Of a stretch of 64,000 bases of DNA, positions 29,116 to 39,253 are shown one piece after another. Under the pieces are notes generated by a model. The model saw nothing but the letters and a program-made list of their open reading frames with translations. It ran no database searches and was not told the DNA's origin. The first letter of the stretch is position 1. Each line of letters starts with the position of its first letter. A program made the position numbers and the translations under genes. Source of the stretch: Porticoccaceae bacterium. Its GTDB lineage: Bacteria; Pseudomonadota; Gammaproteobacteria; Pseudomonadales; Porticoccaceae. The stretch covers positions 18,628 to 82,627 of the forward strand of contig JAFMBY010000001.1 in NCBI GenBank assembly GCA_017858135.1, in the 5' to 3' direction.

Positions 29116-29424
29116 TTAGTCACCTTGTTGCTTTTCTTTCATTTTCTTTTTGCGTTCTTTCATCGCAGCTCTGGCCTCTTCTTTCGTCAACGAACCGTCA
29201 CCATTAACATCCATTTTGGCAAAACGCTCCCGCCGCTGATCGGTCATCTGCGCCAGAGCTTGCTCATGCTCCTGAGTAGAAATGGAACCATCACCATCTA
29301 GATCTGCACGCTTAAACATCTCTTTGACCGGGTGCTTCATTTCACCATGATCACCTTTATGGTGATCGGCCAAAGCGCCCATTGAGCACATAGCCGTCAA
29401 TGTAAAAATCATTAAATTACGCAT
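29116..29424 (-). CDS. Secreted EF-hand calcium-binding protein (102 aa)
   Basis: True start ATG 29424; signal peptide; DLDGDGSISTQE and DVNGDGSLTKEE loops; His-rich segment. Confidence 0.85.
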   Translation of the reverse strand: MRNLMIFTLTAMCSMGALADHHKGDHGEMKHPVKEMFKRADLDGDGSISTQEHEQALAQMTDQRRERFAKMDVNGDGSLTKEEARAAMKERKKKMKEKQQGD

Positions 29425-29485
29425 AACCCACCTTCTTATTAGTATTGAATCACCAACAACGTCAGGCTCGCCAATTGGTTGACGA

Positions 29486-31108
29486 TCAAGCGTATTGATA
29501 GTCCTTAAATTGGTCGCGCAAATCTTTTTTACTGATTTTCCCCGTTGCAGTGTGAGGAATTTCAGCGACAAAAATGCAGTCCTCAGGGATCCACCATTTG
29601 GCAATCTTGCCCTCAAGAGAGCTGAGCACGCTGGCTTTATCAGGGCTGGAACCTTCCACGGGAATAACGATTAGCAACGGCCGCTCAGTCCACTTCGGAT
29701 GAGAGACACCGATCACGGCCGCTTCCTGAACATCTGGATGAGCCATTGCTGCATTTTCCACATCGATAGAGCTGATCCACTCACCACCAGATTTAATGAC
29801 GTCTTTAATGCGGTCGGTAATGGTCACATAACCCTGCTCATCGATAGCGGCCATATCACCGGTATTGAACCAACCATCTTCATCTACTGCAGGTTTATCG
29901 TCCAGTCGGTAGTAACCACTGCAAACCCACGGCCCCTTAACCAACAAAACACCGGAGGCAACGCCATCCCAGGGCAGTTCATTGTTATCGCCGTCAACTA
30001 TTTTCATTTCGACACCATAGACGACACGGCCTGCGCGAACACGGTAGGTATCCTGCTCTTCCTGAGTGCCTTGTTTCATCCAATCCATCGGTCGATTGTA
30101 AGATCCGAGAGGACTCATTTCAGTCATACCCCAACCCATGTGCACCATAACGCCATGCTTTTCCATCTCCTGCATCAACGACAGTGGGCATGCAGAGCCG
30201 CCGGAAACCACTGATTTTAATGTCTCTACGGTTCGTCCTGAGGCATTGAGATAACCCACCAGCGCCAGCCACACAGTGGGCACGCCGAGTGAATAGTTAA
30301 CTTTCTCTGAGTTGATGAGATTGGTCAGCGTTTCACCATCCGCCATTTTTGGCCCCGGGAACACAAGCTTGGCACCAACCATTGGACCGTTATAGGCCGT
30401 ACCCCAGGCATTAACATGGAACATTGGCACAATAGGCATCACCACATCTTGCCCGGAGAGGTTCATGACATCCGGGGTTGAGCCGACAATGGAATGTAAA
30501 ACGGTACTGCGATGGCTATAGAGAACACCCTTAGGATTTCCGGTGGTGCCTGAGGTGTAACACATGGAGCTGGCACTGTTCTCCTCCAATTGCGGCCAGT
30601 CAAAGCTATCTGACTCGCCTTCAATAAACGCCTCGTAGCAATGTGCATTTTTGAGACTGGTCTCCGGCATATGTGCCGTATCAGTCATAACGACAAAGCC
30701 CTCTACATGGGGAAGCTTGTGCTGCAGCTGCTCCAGCAGCGGCACAAACATCGGATCAGTGAAAATAAACCGGTCTTCCGCATGATTAATAATAAATTCG
30801 ATCTGCTCTGGGAACAGGCGCGGATTAATCGTGTGACAAACCTGTCCTGAACAAGAAATGGCGTAATAAAGCTCAAAGTGACGGTAGTCGTTCCAGGCTA
30901 ACGTGGCAATGCGATCACCTGACTCAAAACCGACCTTCTTTAAAGCGTTTGCCATCTGGCGCACACGTCGGAAGGCATCTTTATAGGTATATTTGTGCAG
31001 CGGGTTATCGCCAGTTACTGAAACAATTTCACTTTTCCCATTAATTCGGTCAGCGTGATTCATTATTGTTGTTATGGTCAGCTGGGAGTCCATCATTAAG
31101 CCATTCAT
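29486..31108 (-). CDS. Acyl-CoA ligase, AlkK/DmdB-like AMP-binding family
   Basis: CHTINPRLFPEQ, YTSGTTGNPKGV, WGMTEMSP, TGD, DRIKDVIKSGGEWISS, TGKISK. Confidence 0.9.
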   Translation of the reverse strand: MNGLMMDSQLTITTIMNHADRINGKSEIVSVTGDNPLHKYTYKDAFRRVRQMANALKKVGFESGDRIATLAWNDYRHFELYYAISCSGQVCHTINPRLFPEQIEFIINHAEDRFIFTDPMFVPLLEQLQHKLPHVEGFVVMTDTAHMPETSLKNAHCYEAFIEGESDSFDWPQLEENSASSMCYTSGTTGNPKGVLYSHRSTVLHSIVGSTPDVMNLSGQDVVMPIVPMFHVNAWGTAYNGPMVGAKLVFPGPKMADGETLTNLINSEKVNYSLGVPTVWLALVGYLNASGRTVETLKSVVSGGSACPLSLMQEMEKHGVMVHMGWGMTEMSPLGSYNRPMDWMKQGTQEEQDTYRVRAGRVVYGVEMKIVDGDNNELPWDGVASGVLLVKGPWVCSGYYRLDDKPAVDEDGWFNTGDMAAIDEQGYVTITDRIKDVIKSGGEWISSIDVENAAMAHPDVQEAAVIGVSHPKWTERPLLIVIPVEGSSPDKASVLSSLEGKIAKWWIPEDCIFVAEIPHTATGKISKKDLRDQFKDYQYA

Positions 31109-31269
31109 TGTTAATTCCTCGGTGTCTTTTTAATTCTAATTCTAGTTATAGTTATAGTTTTCAGTGTTAAGACTAACATTGAGCCACGCTTCTTAATACT
31201 AGTAATCTGTGGACGACAAGTCACCCACTCTCGCTATTTACAGAGCAGAAACCGCATTCAGTGAATTAA

Positions 31270-31761
31270 TTAATGGTTATTAGGTATTTCTCGCAGATGC
31301 GTTTCAATCTCTTCGAAATCGGGCAACTCGAGCTGATGTCCGTCGAGAGCGAAGCTAACGCTGATGCAAGCTTCCATGGTTTCTTCATTTTCTGCAGACA
31401 GCGCGCTGTCTTCCTCGACCCTAAGCGTATGGGGGAAGCCTTTACAGACAATCGCATAATAGCGATGTGGGTGACCTTCGACGAGACTATTGAGCACCAC
31501 AATGCGCGTGTTATTGCCAAAATCGATACACGGCTGTTCTTGCTGTAAGGCAGCAAAATCAATCAGCGGAATCGACAGGTTTCGCCAATTGATCCAGCCG
31601 AACATCCACTGCGGTGATTGCTCCTCTACCACAAAATCCTGATTGAGAACGATCTCGGCAACGGCGGGCATGGGGACTAGCAGATTAGACTGTCCAATAT
31701 TGATTGATAGGCAATCTATTTGAGCGACGGGACTTTTGTGATCTAGAAAAAATAAACTCAT
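31270..31761 (-). CDS. chpC: CheW-like protein ChpC
   Basis: LLVPMPAVAEIV, WMFGWINWRNLSIPLIDF; last gene of the chp operon. Confidence 0.8.
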   Translation of the reverse strand: MSLFFLDHKSPVAQIDCLSINIGQSNLLVPMPAVAEIVLNQDFVVEEQSPQWMFGWINWRNLSIPLIDFAALQQEQPCIDFGNNTRIVVLNSLVEGHPHRYYAIVCKGFPHTLRVEEDSALSAENEETMEACISVSFALDGHQLELPDFEEIETHLREIPNNH

Positions 31762-32354
31762 TGGCTACAAGCCTCCATTTGAATTGTGTCCTCGTTTAAT
31801 CTTTTTGCAAGCTCTTCGATACTTCCGACAAAATCGATTTTACAGCAATCAATCACTGCTTGCGGCATTGCCGGCACGGTGCAGCCACTGGGATCCTGAA
31901 CCCACACCTGACCTGTATATTCCTTGATTACCTGACAACCTCGCGCGCCATCATTGCCCATGCCGGTAAATATAATTGCGCCGCAGTCTTGACGATAAAG
32001 CAGCGCCAAACGGTTGGCTAGTTGGTCAATGGATGGCGCGTACTGACCTTGCCAAGGTGACGCAAACCGCAACACCCAACCCTGCCTGCTCACTCTGGTT
32101 TCAAACTGTGGCGATATCAATGTGACTGTACCGGGTTTTATAAACTGCCCTGTCGATGGCTCCCTGGCAGGCCAGCCGGTGTGTTTTTCTATCATATTTA
32201 ATAAGGTCGCTACCTGCTGCACAGCTATATGTTGAACGTAAACAAAAGCCAAATTGTCACGCACAGGGATATGACTCAAAAACTCACGTATCGCCATTAG
32301 GCCGCCAGTGGAGGCGCCCAACAACCAAACTCTTTTTGCACTTGCCGGATGCAT
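31758..32354 (-). CDS. chpB: CheB-type methylesterase domain protein ChpB
   Basis: LGASTGG, YVQH, FTGMGNDGARG (Ser-His-Asp triad); no receiver domain. Confidence 0.85.
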   Translation of the reverse strand: MHPASAKRVWLLGASTGGLMAIREFLSHIPVRDNLAFVYVQHIAVQQVATLLNMIEKHTGWPAREPSTGQFIKPGTVTLISPQFETRVSRQGWVLRFASPWQGQYAPSIDQLANRLALLYRQDCGAIIFTGMGNDGARGCQVIKEYTGQVWVQDPSGCTVPAMPQAVIDCCKIDFVGSIEELAKRLNEDTIQMEACSQ

Positions 32355-32363
32355 ACTACAGCG

Positions 32364-35300
32364 CTAGTTCTGCACAGCAAGGAGTTCGCTTAGTGTCTCC
32401 AACAACTTCTCTTCCTGAAAAGGCTTACCCATATAGTAGTCTACTCCAAGCTCCATAGCCCTCTGACGATGCTTATCGCCCGTTCTGGAGGTAATCATAA
32501 TAATCGGGATATTGCATAAATCGGCGTTTTCTCGCACTCGGCTAGCAACTTCAAAGCCGTCCATACGCGGCATCTCAATATCGAGCAAGATCACCTTTGG
32601 CAGCTCTTCCTGCAGGGTTTTTAGAGCTTCAACACCATCTTTGGCAGTCAGAACTCTGTATCCCTGGCGTCTTAGAATTCGACTGGTCACTTTTCTCACC
32701 GTCACTGAATCGTCGACAACCAAAATGCTCGGTGAGATTTCATTAGAGTTAGCCAACCGCGCATCATATTCAAGATTTGCCCCGTCGACCTGACCAATGC
32801 GGGGCAAATCCACAATGGCAACCCGCGCCAGTTCATTGAGGTCAATAATAACAACCACTTGACCATCGCTTAGAATGGTTGCTCCGCCAAGCCCTGGTAC
32901 GCTTGAGAACTGCGAGCCAAGCGTCTTGACAACAATCTCTCTAGTACCAAGTATCTCATCGACCTGCACGGCAAAACGGCGGTTATCTGAGTGGAACAGA
33001 ACCAGCGCGGCATCGGTATCGAGACTTTCCGGGCGCTTTGTAATCTCGGGGTCAAGTAATGAGCCCAGATAACAGAGTTCGTAATCAATTCCAGCATAAT
33101 GGATGGTACTGCCATTGCTCAGTGCCGCATCAACGGCACTGAGTGGCATAAAGTGCACACCATCGATTGAGTTGAGGGAGAGAGCATAGTGATCGCCTGT
33201 CACATTGATCATTAGCGCTCGGTTAACTGACAGGGTGAAGGGTAAGACAATAGTAAACTGAGCACCAAAACCAGTGGATGTTTCGATATCCACTCTTCCT
33301 CCACACTGGCGCACCTCGCTATTAACCACATCTAGACCGACCCCACGACCAGAGATCTGGCTGATCGAGTCAGAGGTTGAAAATCCGGGATGGAAAATAA
33401 ACTGAGCGATCTCGTACTCAGAGAGGGCTGCATCGTCGGGTATGAGGTCCCTCTCTAAAGCAATCTGGCGGATCTTTTCCACGTTCAGGCCGCGGCCGTC
33501 ATCAGCTAAGTGTATGACGATATCTCCACCTTGCCTAAAGGTGGTAATCGCAATACTGCCTGTCGCCGGCTTACCCACTTTTAAACGCTCTGCCTCAGCT
33601 TCGATTCCATGATCAACTGCATTGCGAATCATATGTTCGAGGGGCGCTATCATTCGATCGAGAACTGATCGGTCCATCTCTCCCTGGATATTATCCATTC
33701 GCAAGTCTACCTTTTTGCCCAATTCCATACTCACTTGACGGACGATTCGGCGCAGTCGCGGAACAATTCTTGCGAATGGCACCATGCGTGTTTTCATCAA
33801 GCCTTCCTGGAGGTCGGTATTAATGCGCGATTGATGCAAAAGCAAGGTTTCAGTGCTAATCAACTTTTCATTGAGAGTCTCTTTTAAATCACGCAAATCT
33901 GACGCGGATTCCATAAGAGAGCCCGTCAGTTGCTGGAGATGAGAGTAGCGGTCCATCTCCAGAGGATCAAAACCCTCTGCCTCGCCGGAGGATTCGATCT
34001 GTTCGCGGCGATAGTCAATTTGCGCTTCGGTTTCTGTGCCCAGACGCCTGACTTGGCCCTGAAGACGATCGACTGTAGCGTCCATCTCATCAAGAAATTG
34101 GTTGAATTCGCTAAGCTGTTCTTCCACCCGGCCGCGAAAGATTATATTTTCGCCCGATAGATTAACCAGGGTGTCGAGCACTTCTGCGCCTATCCTGACG
34201 ACTTCCTTGATTTCACCCTTTATGGCATTGCTGTCCAGAGCTGCTGGCTGAGTCGTTCCAGGGCGCTGCATGTCCTGATCTATCTGCTGCTGACCGCTGG
34301 TGGAAGTAGCCAGTGCAGTCTGTTCAGAAAGGGTTGGGGACCTGACAAAGCCGGGAACGGAATCGGATGTCGGCTCCTCCTCTTCAGACTGTTCATCTGA
34401 GGTCTCATTCTCAAGGTCATCAATTTGTTTTCGCAGAATACTGGAGTCACCACTGTGAGCTATTTGGCGAATAATGTCATAGGCACTGACGAGCTTTTCC
34501 TGCTGTGTAATAGCGGCCTTAAAAAAACGCTTGTCATAAATCTTCGTTTCATCGATCAACGATTCGATTGCGTGAGCGCGATCTCCGAGCGCACCGAATC
34601 CGGCCATACGTGCGCCACCTTTTAGAGTATGCAAATCACGCTTTAGTCGATCGGCAAATTCTGTCTCTGTGGGGCTGGATCGCCATGCCATTACCAACTC
34701 TTCAATATGGCTGACAATATCATCGGCTTCCTCCACAAACACGCCGACAATTTCGTTATCGAGCTCTGTATCAACCAGCGATGTGGAACGGATTGTTTCA
34801 GATTCTGGCTCACTCACTTGCGGATGCGCGGGCTCAGTCTCGATATCAGTGCTTTCCATATCGACTAGCGGCTCTGTAATATCGCCTTCAGGCACTGTGA
34901 ATACGAACTCTGGCGGCGCTGAAGGTTGATCCTCATCAGGTAGCCGCGGCTCGACTTCATCAACATAATCCGACACTAGCTCAATGGGCTGATTACTGTG
35001 GGATTGCGCGGCGCTCGACGGATGTTCACGGCATTCGCTCAACTTAACCTTTTCAGCCAACCGCTGAGTGAGGTGCTCTTCTATTGTCAATAAACCATTT
35101 TTCTCAGACTCTGAAAGCGCAATGAGATCCTGATCAGCCGCCAACATATCAAACAGATTGAGTAAGTTTTCATGGCTGTCTTTTAAGCTATCAACTATTT
35201 CCTGATCCGGCATCATGCCTATTTTCAACAACAGCTCATAGATACGATTCATCAGCTCGGCCAACTGCAGGATGGGTGCAATATCCTGGTCAACTAACTG

Positions 35301-38300
35301 ATCAAGTATCGCGTTGAGATCGCTGACAAATTCATTGAAAATGACTCGAGGAGGAGCAGTTTGATGCTGTAAGTAATCATATAGGGCCGGATAATCCTGA
35401 AGCGACAACAACCCTTGCGCCATAAGCCTTTTGACCGCTGAAAAATCCTTGTCGTCATAGCCGCTATCGGGTTTTCGCACTAGATGGCCGACGGCTTTTT
35501 CGCGCAACTCGGCAAGACGCGCACGAAACATCGGCAGACCTGCTAACTCTTCGGCCACGCCGTCGGTCATCTCGACAAGGGTGTAGCGGATGTAGTCTGC
35601 AGAATTCTCGACCAAGTGAACAATGTCTTCATCGAGACAAATATGATGGTGATGCAATTCTTTGATAAATTCTTCAATCGGCGTGACCAGATCACCAAGG
35701 TCGGAAAAATCTGCCATCTCCGCCGTGCCTTTTAATGTGTGCAGCGCTCTCTGCAAGGCGAAGGGTGGGGTTTGATAAATTGGTGCTGTACTGCGAGCTT
35801 CGATGACAAAATCGTCGATTGTTTTTAAATGATCCTGAGCTTCATTGACAAAAATCTCCAACAATATTGCCTCATGATCATCGCCCTCAGACAGATCTTT
35901 ATCGGCAACATCCTCTTTCTGACAAGATGCTGGCGGCGTTTCAATTCCTGTGTCCAACACCTCACTGTGATTCTCAAGTGTTGGTGCAGAGTCCGAATCA
36001 AGCCCTCCTGGAGCCACGGCCTCAAGCAGAACCGTGGGTAGTTGATGCATTCTTTCACCGCCAGCGAGAAGTTTCGCTACCTCGACAATCCTGCTAATGC
36101 GTTCAGGATTCTGAATAGGATGCTGTTCGGCGAAGGCTTTAACCATCGCAAAAAATGACTGGATAGCTGCCTCAACGAGATCCACCATAACGTCACTGCA
36201 ATTGACGCGCCCATCAATTACATGATTAAGCATCTCTTCAAGTGACCAAGCCAAATTGCCAAGATCTGTGGCACCGACCATACGTCCGCTACCCTTAAGT
36301 GTGTGGAATGAGCGACGGACGGTGATTAATAAGTCTTTGTCCTCAAGCTGATTTTTCCAGTCAGGCAAAAGGGTTCTCAGTGACTCAAGAACCTCGTCAG
36401 CTTCCTCCACAAAGATCTCAATAATCTCTGCATCCACCACATCTTCTTCATCTTCAGCAAAGCTCGTCTCTTGCTGCACCACCGCGTCACTGTGTTGCGT
36501 GAACGCGTCCTCAATAGCCACTGCAACGAATGGCTCTTGCTGCTCCAATGAGACTAGCTCTGCTAATATCTCCTCTGGTTCAGCGTGTAACTCGTCGGCA
36601 CTGTTGTCCGTCTGTTGAGTCAGCCCTGCAGAATGATCGACTTTATCTTCAGCTAATAAGGCGTGGATACTCTCCTCAGCAGCAGTCAGCACATCATCTT
36701 GCTGCTCATCCGTTTCGCTGTGAAAGCGCTCCAGATAGTACTCAACAATCGTGATCGCATCAGCAAAAGTGTCGAGAGTATGCCATTCGATCTCGCGACC
36801 CTGCCCACTAATCATATTCTCAACATGTTTGCCACAGCCGCCAACGACCGAAGCAGCGCGAGACAGACCAATAATACGCAACGCCCCTTGTAGCTCAGCA
36901 AACAGTTGCGGCAGATGGGAGAGTAGCTGTAAATCCCACTGAGAATTGATAAATGCAACAACAGCTTCTTTAATGCGCTCGATACCAGTGCGCGATTCAG
37001 CTAGCAACGCCTGACTCGCGCTATCGAATTCAAATTGATTCTGTTGACTATCTAGATCAACTGTTCCAGAAAATTTATCGGGACTAGCGGCCCAAGTATT
37101 CAACGCCAACTCGATTTCAGCAAGACTCTGAACCGCATCGGTAACGTCCTGATCATTAATTCCTGAGCCATCAGCGGCAAAACTTTTTCGTAATTTTTTA
37201 TCAATTTTACTGATTGCATCACGCAACTTTCCCTGACCGACTAGGGCCAGTGAATCTGCCATATTGGTTAACACTGGCAACGTTTCACGAACTTCGTCGG
37301 CAGAGAGTCCTCCTTCGACAGAGAATCGTTCCAGTGCAGAGCGGACATTCGCCAACTCTCCCTGAATCGCTGTGACAAGGGAACGAACTACCAATGGATC
37401 ATACTGAGGTATCAACTGTCCCAGCTCCGGACTGATGGTCCCAGAAGGAAATGCATTGGCCAGATTATAGTCATGCCAAATCGCCTGTAACTGAACGGAG
37501 CCAGGCTGAATTGTGGTGAGATAGTAGAGCAGGTTTTTCAACAGCCCTACATTCGGGGCACAGATCTCTCCCGAGATAGCCTCTTTAGCCTGAATTTTTA
37601 ATTGCGTATCCAGTGCGCGAAAGAGTTTTTTTAGGGCGATGCTAAAGGTGATTTCACCGGCGGCAATAAGTCCCAGCACCTGCCGTGCAGCATGCCATAA
37701 ACTCTCTCGCCAAGTGCCTTTTGACAAGTCACCCACACGCCGGAGAACTTTTTCCAGATTGGCGTAATTGGCGTCTTTTTCCTGTCCTTTTATCAGCTTA
37801 ATTAGCGACAGTTGATAAACCTGCCGAAGCCGCTTAATTACGTCGCTGGTTGCCGGATTTGAATCGACTCTAATCTGATTTTCAGCTAGCTTTTTAAAGG
37901 CCGATAAATCCGGTGAAAATAAAATCCCTTCGGAAATAAGGGACTGTCCCTGGGCCGCTCGCAAATCATTCAGCAATAGAATAAGCGACTCGGGACGATC
38001 TTCACGACTAGAGAGTATTTGCCGCAGATAGATGGGCAGTTTGACGATCGCATGAACCAGAATTTCGCAAGCTTCATTAATATTTGAAACTTTTTTGTCA
38101 ATGATCGCCTGAGTTAAGGCTTCCATTTCTTCAACCAGCAAAATACAGCCTTCACATTCAAGTATTTTAAACGGGCCTATAATTTGGTGGAGGTGGCCAA
38201 TACAAAAATGTATTTTCGTTTCATCACTGGTATTTTGCGTAAAGGCTTCTAATTCACTAAAGGCAGCATTGAGACTGTTTTCGATTTCTTCTATCAGCCA

Positions 38301-38348
38301 TTCAAGTCCTGCGAATGTCTTTACACTTTTAATTTGAACGTCGCTCAT
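32364..38348 (-). CDS. chpA: Hybrid CheA-like histidine kinase ChpA (multiple Hpt, HATPase, CheW, receiver)
   Basis: 1994 aa; FHTLKGSGRM, LHTLKGTA, LHTLKGGARM Hpt motifs; EHMIRNAVDHGIE, GRGVGLDVV; C-terminal receiver LDIEMPRMDG. Confidence 0.95.
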   Translation of the reverse strand: MSDVQIKSVKTFAGLEWLIEEIENSLNAAFSELEAFTQNTSDETKIHFCIGHLHQIIGPFKILECEGCILLVEEMEALTQAIIDKKVSNINEACEILVHAIVKLPIYLRQILSSREDRPESLILLLNDLRAAQGQSLISEGILFSPDLSAFKKLAENQIRVDSNPATSDVIKRLRQVYQLSLIKLIKGQEKDANYANLEKVLRRVGDLSKGTWRESLWHAARQVLGLIAAGEITFSIALKKLFRALDTQLKIQAKEAISGEICAPNVGLLKNLLYYLTTIQPGSVQLQAIWHDYNLANAFPSGTISPELGQLIPQYDPLVVRSLVTAIQGELANVRSALERFSVEGGLSADEVRETLPVLTNMADSLALVGQGKLRDAISKIDKKLRKSFAADGSGINDQDVTDAVQSLAEIELALNTWAASPDKFSGTVDLDSQQNQFEFDSASQALLAESRTGIERIKEAVVAFINSQWDLQLLSHLPQLFAELQGALRIIGLSRAASVVGGCGKHVENMISGQGREIEWHTLDTFADAITIVEYYLERFHSETDEQQDDVLTAAEESIHALLAEDKVDHSAGLTQQTDNSADELHAEPEEILAELVSLEQQEPFVAVAIEDAFTQHSDAVVQQETSFAEDEEDVVDAEIIEIFVEEADEVLESLRTLLPDWKNQLEDKDLLITVRRSFHTLKGSGRMVGATDLGNLAWSLEEMLNHVIDGRVNCSDVMVDLVEAAIQSFFAMVKAFAEQHPIQNPERISRIVEVAKLLAGGERMHQLPTVLLEAVAPGGLDSDSAPTLENHSEVLDTGIETPPASCQKEDVADKDLSEGDDHEAILLEIFVNEAQDHLKTIDDFVIEARSTAPIYQTPPFALQRALHTLKGTAEMADFSDLGDLVTPIEEFIKELHHHHICLDEDIVHLVENSADYIRYTLVEMTDGVAEELAGLPMFRARLAELREKAVGHLVRKPDSGYDDKDFSAVKRLMAQGLLSLQDYPALYDYLQHQTAPPRVIFNEFVSDLNAILDQLVDQDIAPILQLAELMNRIYELLLKIGMMPDQEIVDSLKDSHENLLNLFDMLAADQDLIALSESEKNGLLTIEEHLTQRLAEKVKLSECREHPSSAAQSHSNQPIELVSDYVDEVEPRLPDEDQPSAPPEFVFTVPEGDITEPLVDMESTDIETEPAHPQVSEPESETIRSTSLVDTELDNEIVGVFVEEADDIVSHIEELVMAWRSSPTETEFADRLKRDLHTLKGGARMAGFGALGDRAHAIESLIDETKIYDKRFFKAAITQQEKLVSAYDIIRQIAHSGDSSILRKQIDDLENETSDEQSEEEEPTSDSVPGFVRSPTLSEQTALATSTSGQQQIDQDMQRPGTTQPAALDSNAIKGEIKEVVRIGAEVLDTLVNLSGENIIFRGRVEEQLSEFNQFLDEMDATVDRLQGQVRRLGTETEAQIDYRREQIESSGEAEGFDPLEMDRYSHLQQLTGSLMESASDLRDLKETLNEKLISTETLLLHQSRINTDLQEGLMKTRMVPFARIVPRLRRIVRQVSMELGKKVDLRMDNIQGEMDRSVLDRMIAPLEHMIRNAVDHGIEAEAERLKVGKPATGSIAITTFRQGGDIVIHLADDGRGLNVEKIRQIALERDLIPDDAALSEYEIAQFIFHPGFSTSDSISQISGRGVGLDVVNSEVRQCGGRVDIETSTGFGAQFTIVLPFTLSVNRALMINVTGDHYALSLNSIDGVHFMPLSAVDAALSNGSTIHYAGIDYELCYLGSLLDPEITKRPESLDTDAALVLFHSDNRRFAVQVDEILGTREIVVKTLGSQFSSVPGLGGATILSDGQVVVIIDLNELARVAIVDLPRIGQVDGANLEYDARLANSNEISPSILVVDDSVTVRKVTSRILRRQGYRVLTAKDGVEALKTLQEELPKVILLDIEMPRMDGFEVASRVRENADLCNIPIIMITSRTGDKHRQRAMELGVDYYMGKPFQEEKLLETLSELLAVQN

Positions 38349-39229
38349 TGAGCTTCTCCCTGTTCAATGGCCTCGACCTTGGTATAAGCCTGAATACTTC
38401 GCGGCGCAGTGCGTGCATAGCCTTCCGGTATCCAGTTACTCAATTCCCCTAGACCTAACATCAGGCAGCCATGATTATCCAGATGATTGATTAGCTGATT
38501 GACTATCTCGCGACGCTTCCAGCGACGAAAATAAACCAGCATATTCTGGCAATAAATCAGGTGCATTTTGCGCCGCATCAGAGGTGATCTATCGGTCAGT
38601 ATGTTGCTCGTCAAGAAACAAACCCGTTGCCGCAATTCGGCTTTTACACGCCACAAATGATCGCCAACCTGGTCAAAATAATCACGACATGCAGGCGCAT
38701 CAACCATCGCCATTTTGCTTGATCGATAGATGCCTCGACGCGCATGAAAAATCGCCTCGCGACTGATATCAGTCCCTATAATTCCGAAGCGCGGTTCTCG
38801 GCCCACTTCTCTCATCGCACGCTCAACAGTAATAGCCAATGAGTAGGCTTCTTCGCCGGTTGAGCACCCCAGGCTCCAAACCCACAATGGCCCGCTGAAA
38901 GCGTCTTGATTAATTGTCTCCTTGACCCAGCTTGACACAAAATCAATGGACGGGCGGTGACGAAAAAAGCTGGTTTCCTTAACCAGTAAACTGTCCACCA
39001 AACCACTCCACTCTTGAGCTCCCCTTGTGACATCAAGAGCCTCATTGAGATACTCATTAATATCGGGACAACCCAGCTCCTCCATTCTTCGATTGAGAAA
39101 TAGCGTCAAGGCGCGCTCACGATCAGGCGTAATTTGTACTCCTGTTCGCTCTTCGATAGCCGCGGCCCAAATAGTGAAATCGCCAAAATCACTCGTTCGA
39201 AGGATTTTACGCGCTGGCTTGTTCGCCAT
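38345..39229 (-). CDS. pilK: CheR-type methyltransferase PilK
   Basis: VKETSFFRH, WSLGCSTGEEAYSLA, GTDIS, IYCQNMLVYF. Confidence 0.9.
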   Translation of the reverse strand: MANKPARKILRTSDFGDFTIWAAAIEERTGVQITPDRERALTLFLNRRMEELGCPDINEYLNEALDVTRGAQEWSGLVDSLLVKETSFFRHRPSIDFVSSWVKETINQDAFSGPLWVWSLGCSTGEEAYSLAITVERAMREVGREPRFGIIGTDISREAIFHARRGIYRSSKMAMVDAPACRDYFDQVGDHLWRVKAELRQRVCFLTSNILTDRSPLMRRKMHLIYCQNMLVYFRRWKRREIVNQLINHLDNHGCLMLGLGELSNWIPEGYARTAPRSIQAYTKVEAIEQGEAQ

Positions 39230-39253
39230 CGGAAAGCCTTTATTTGCCGACTA

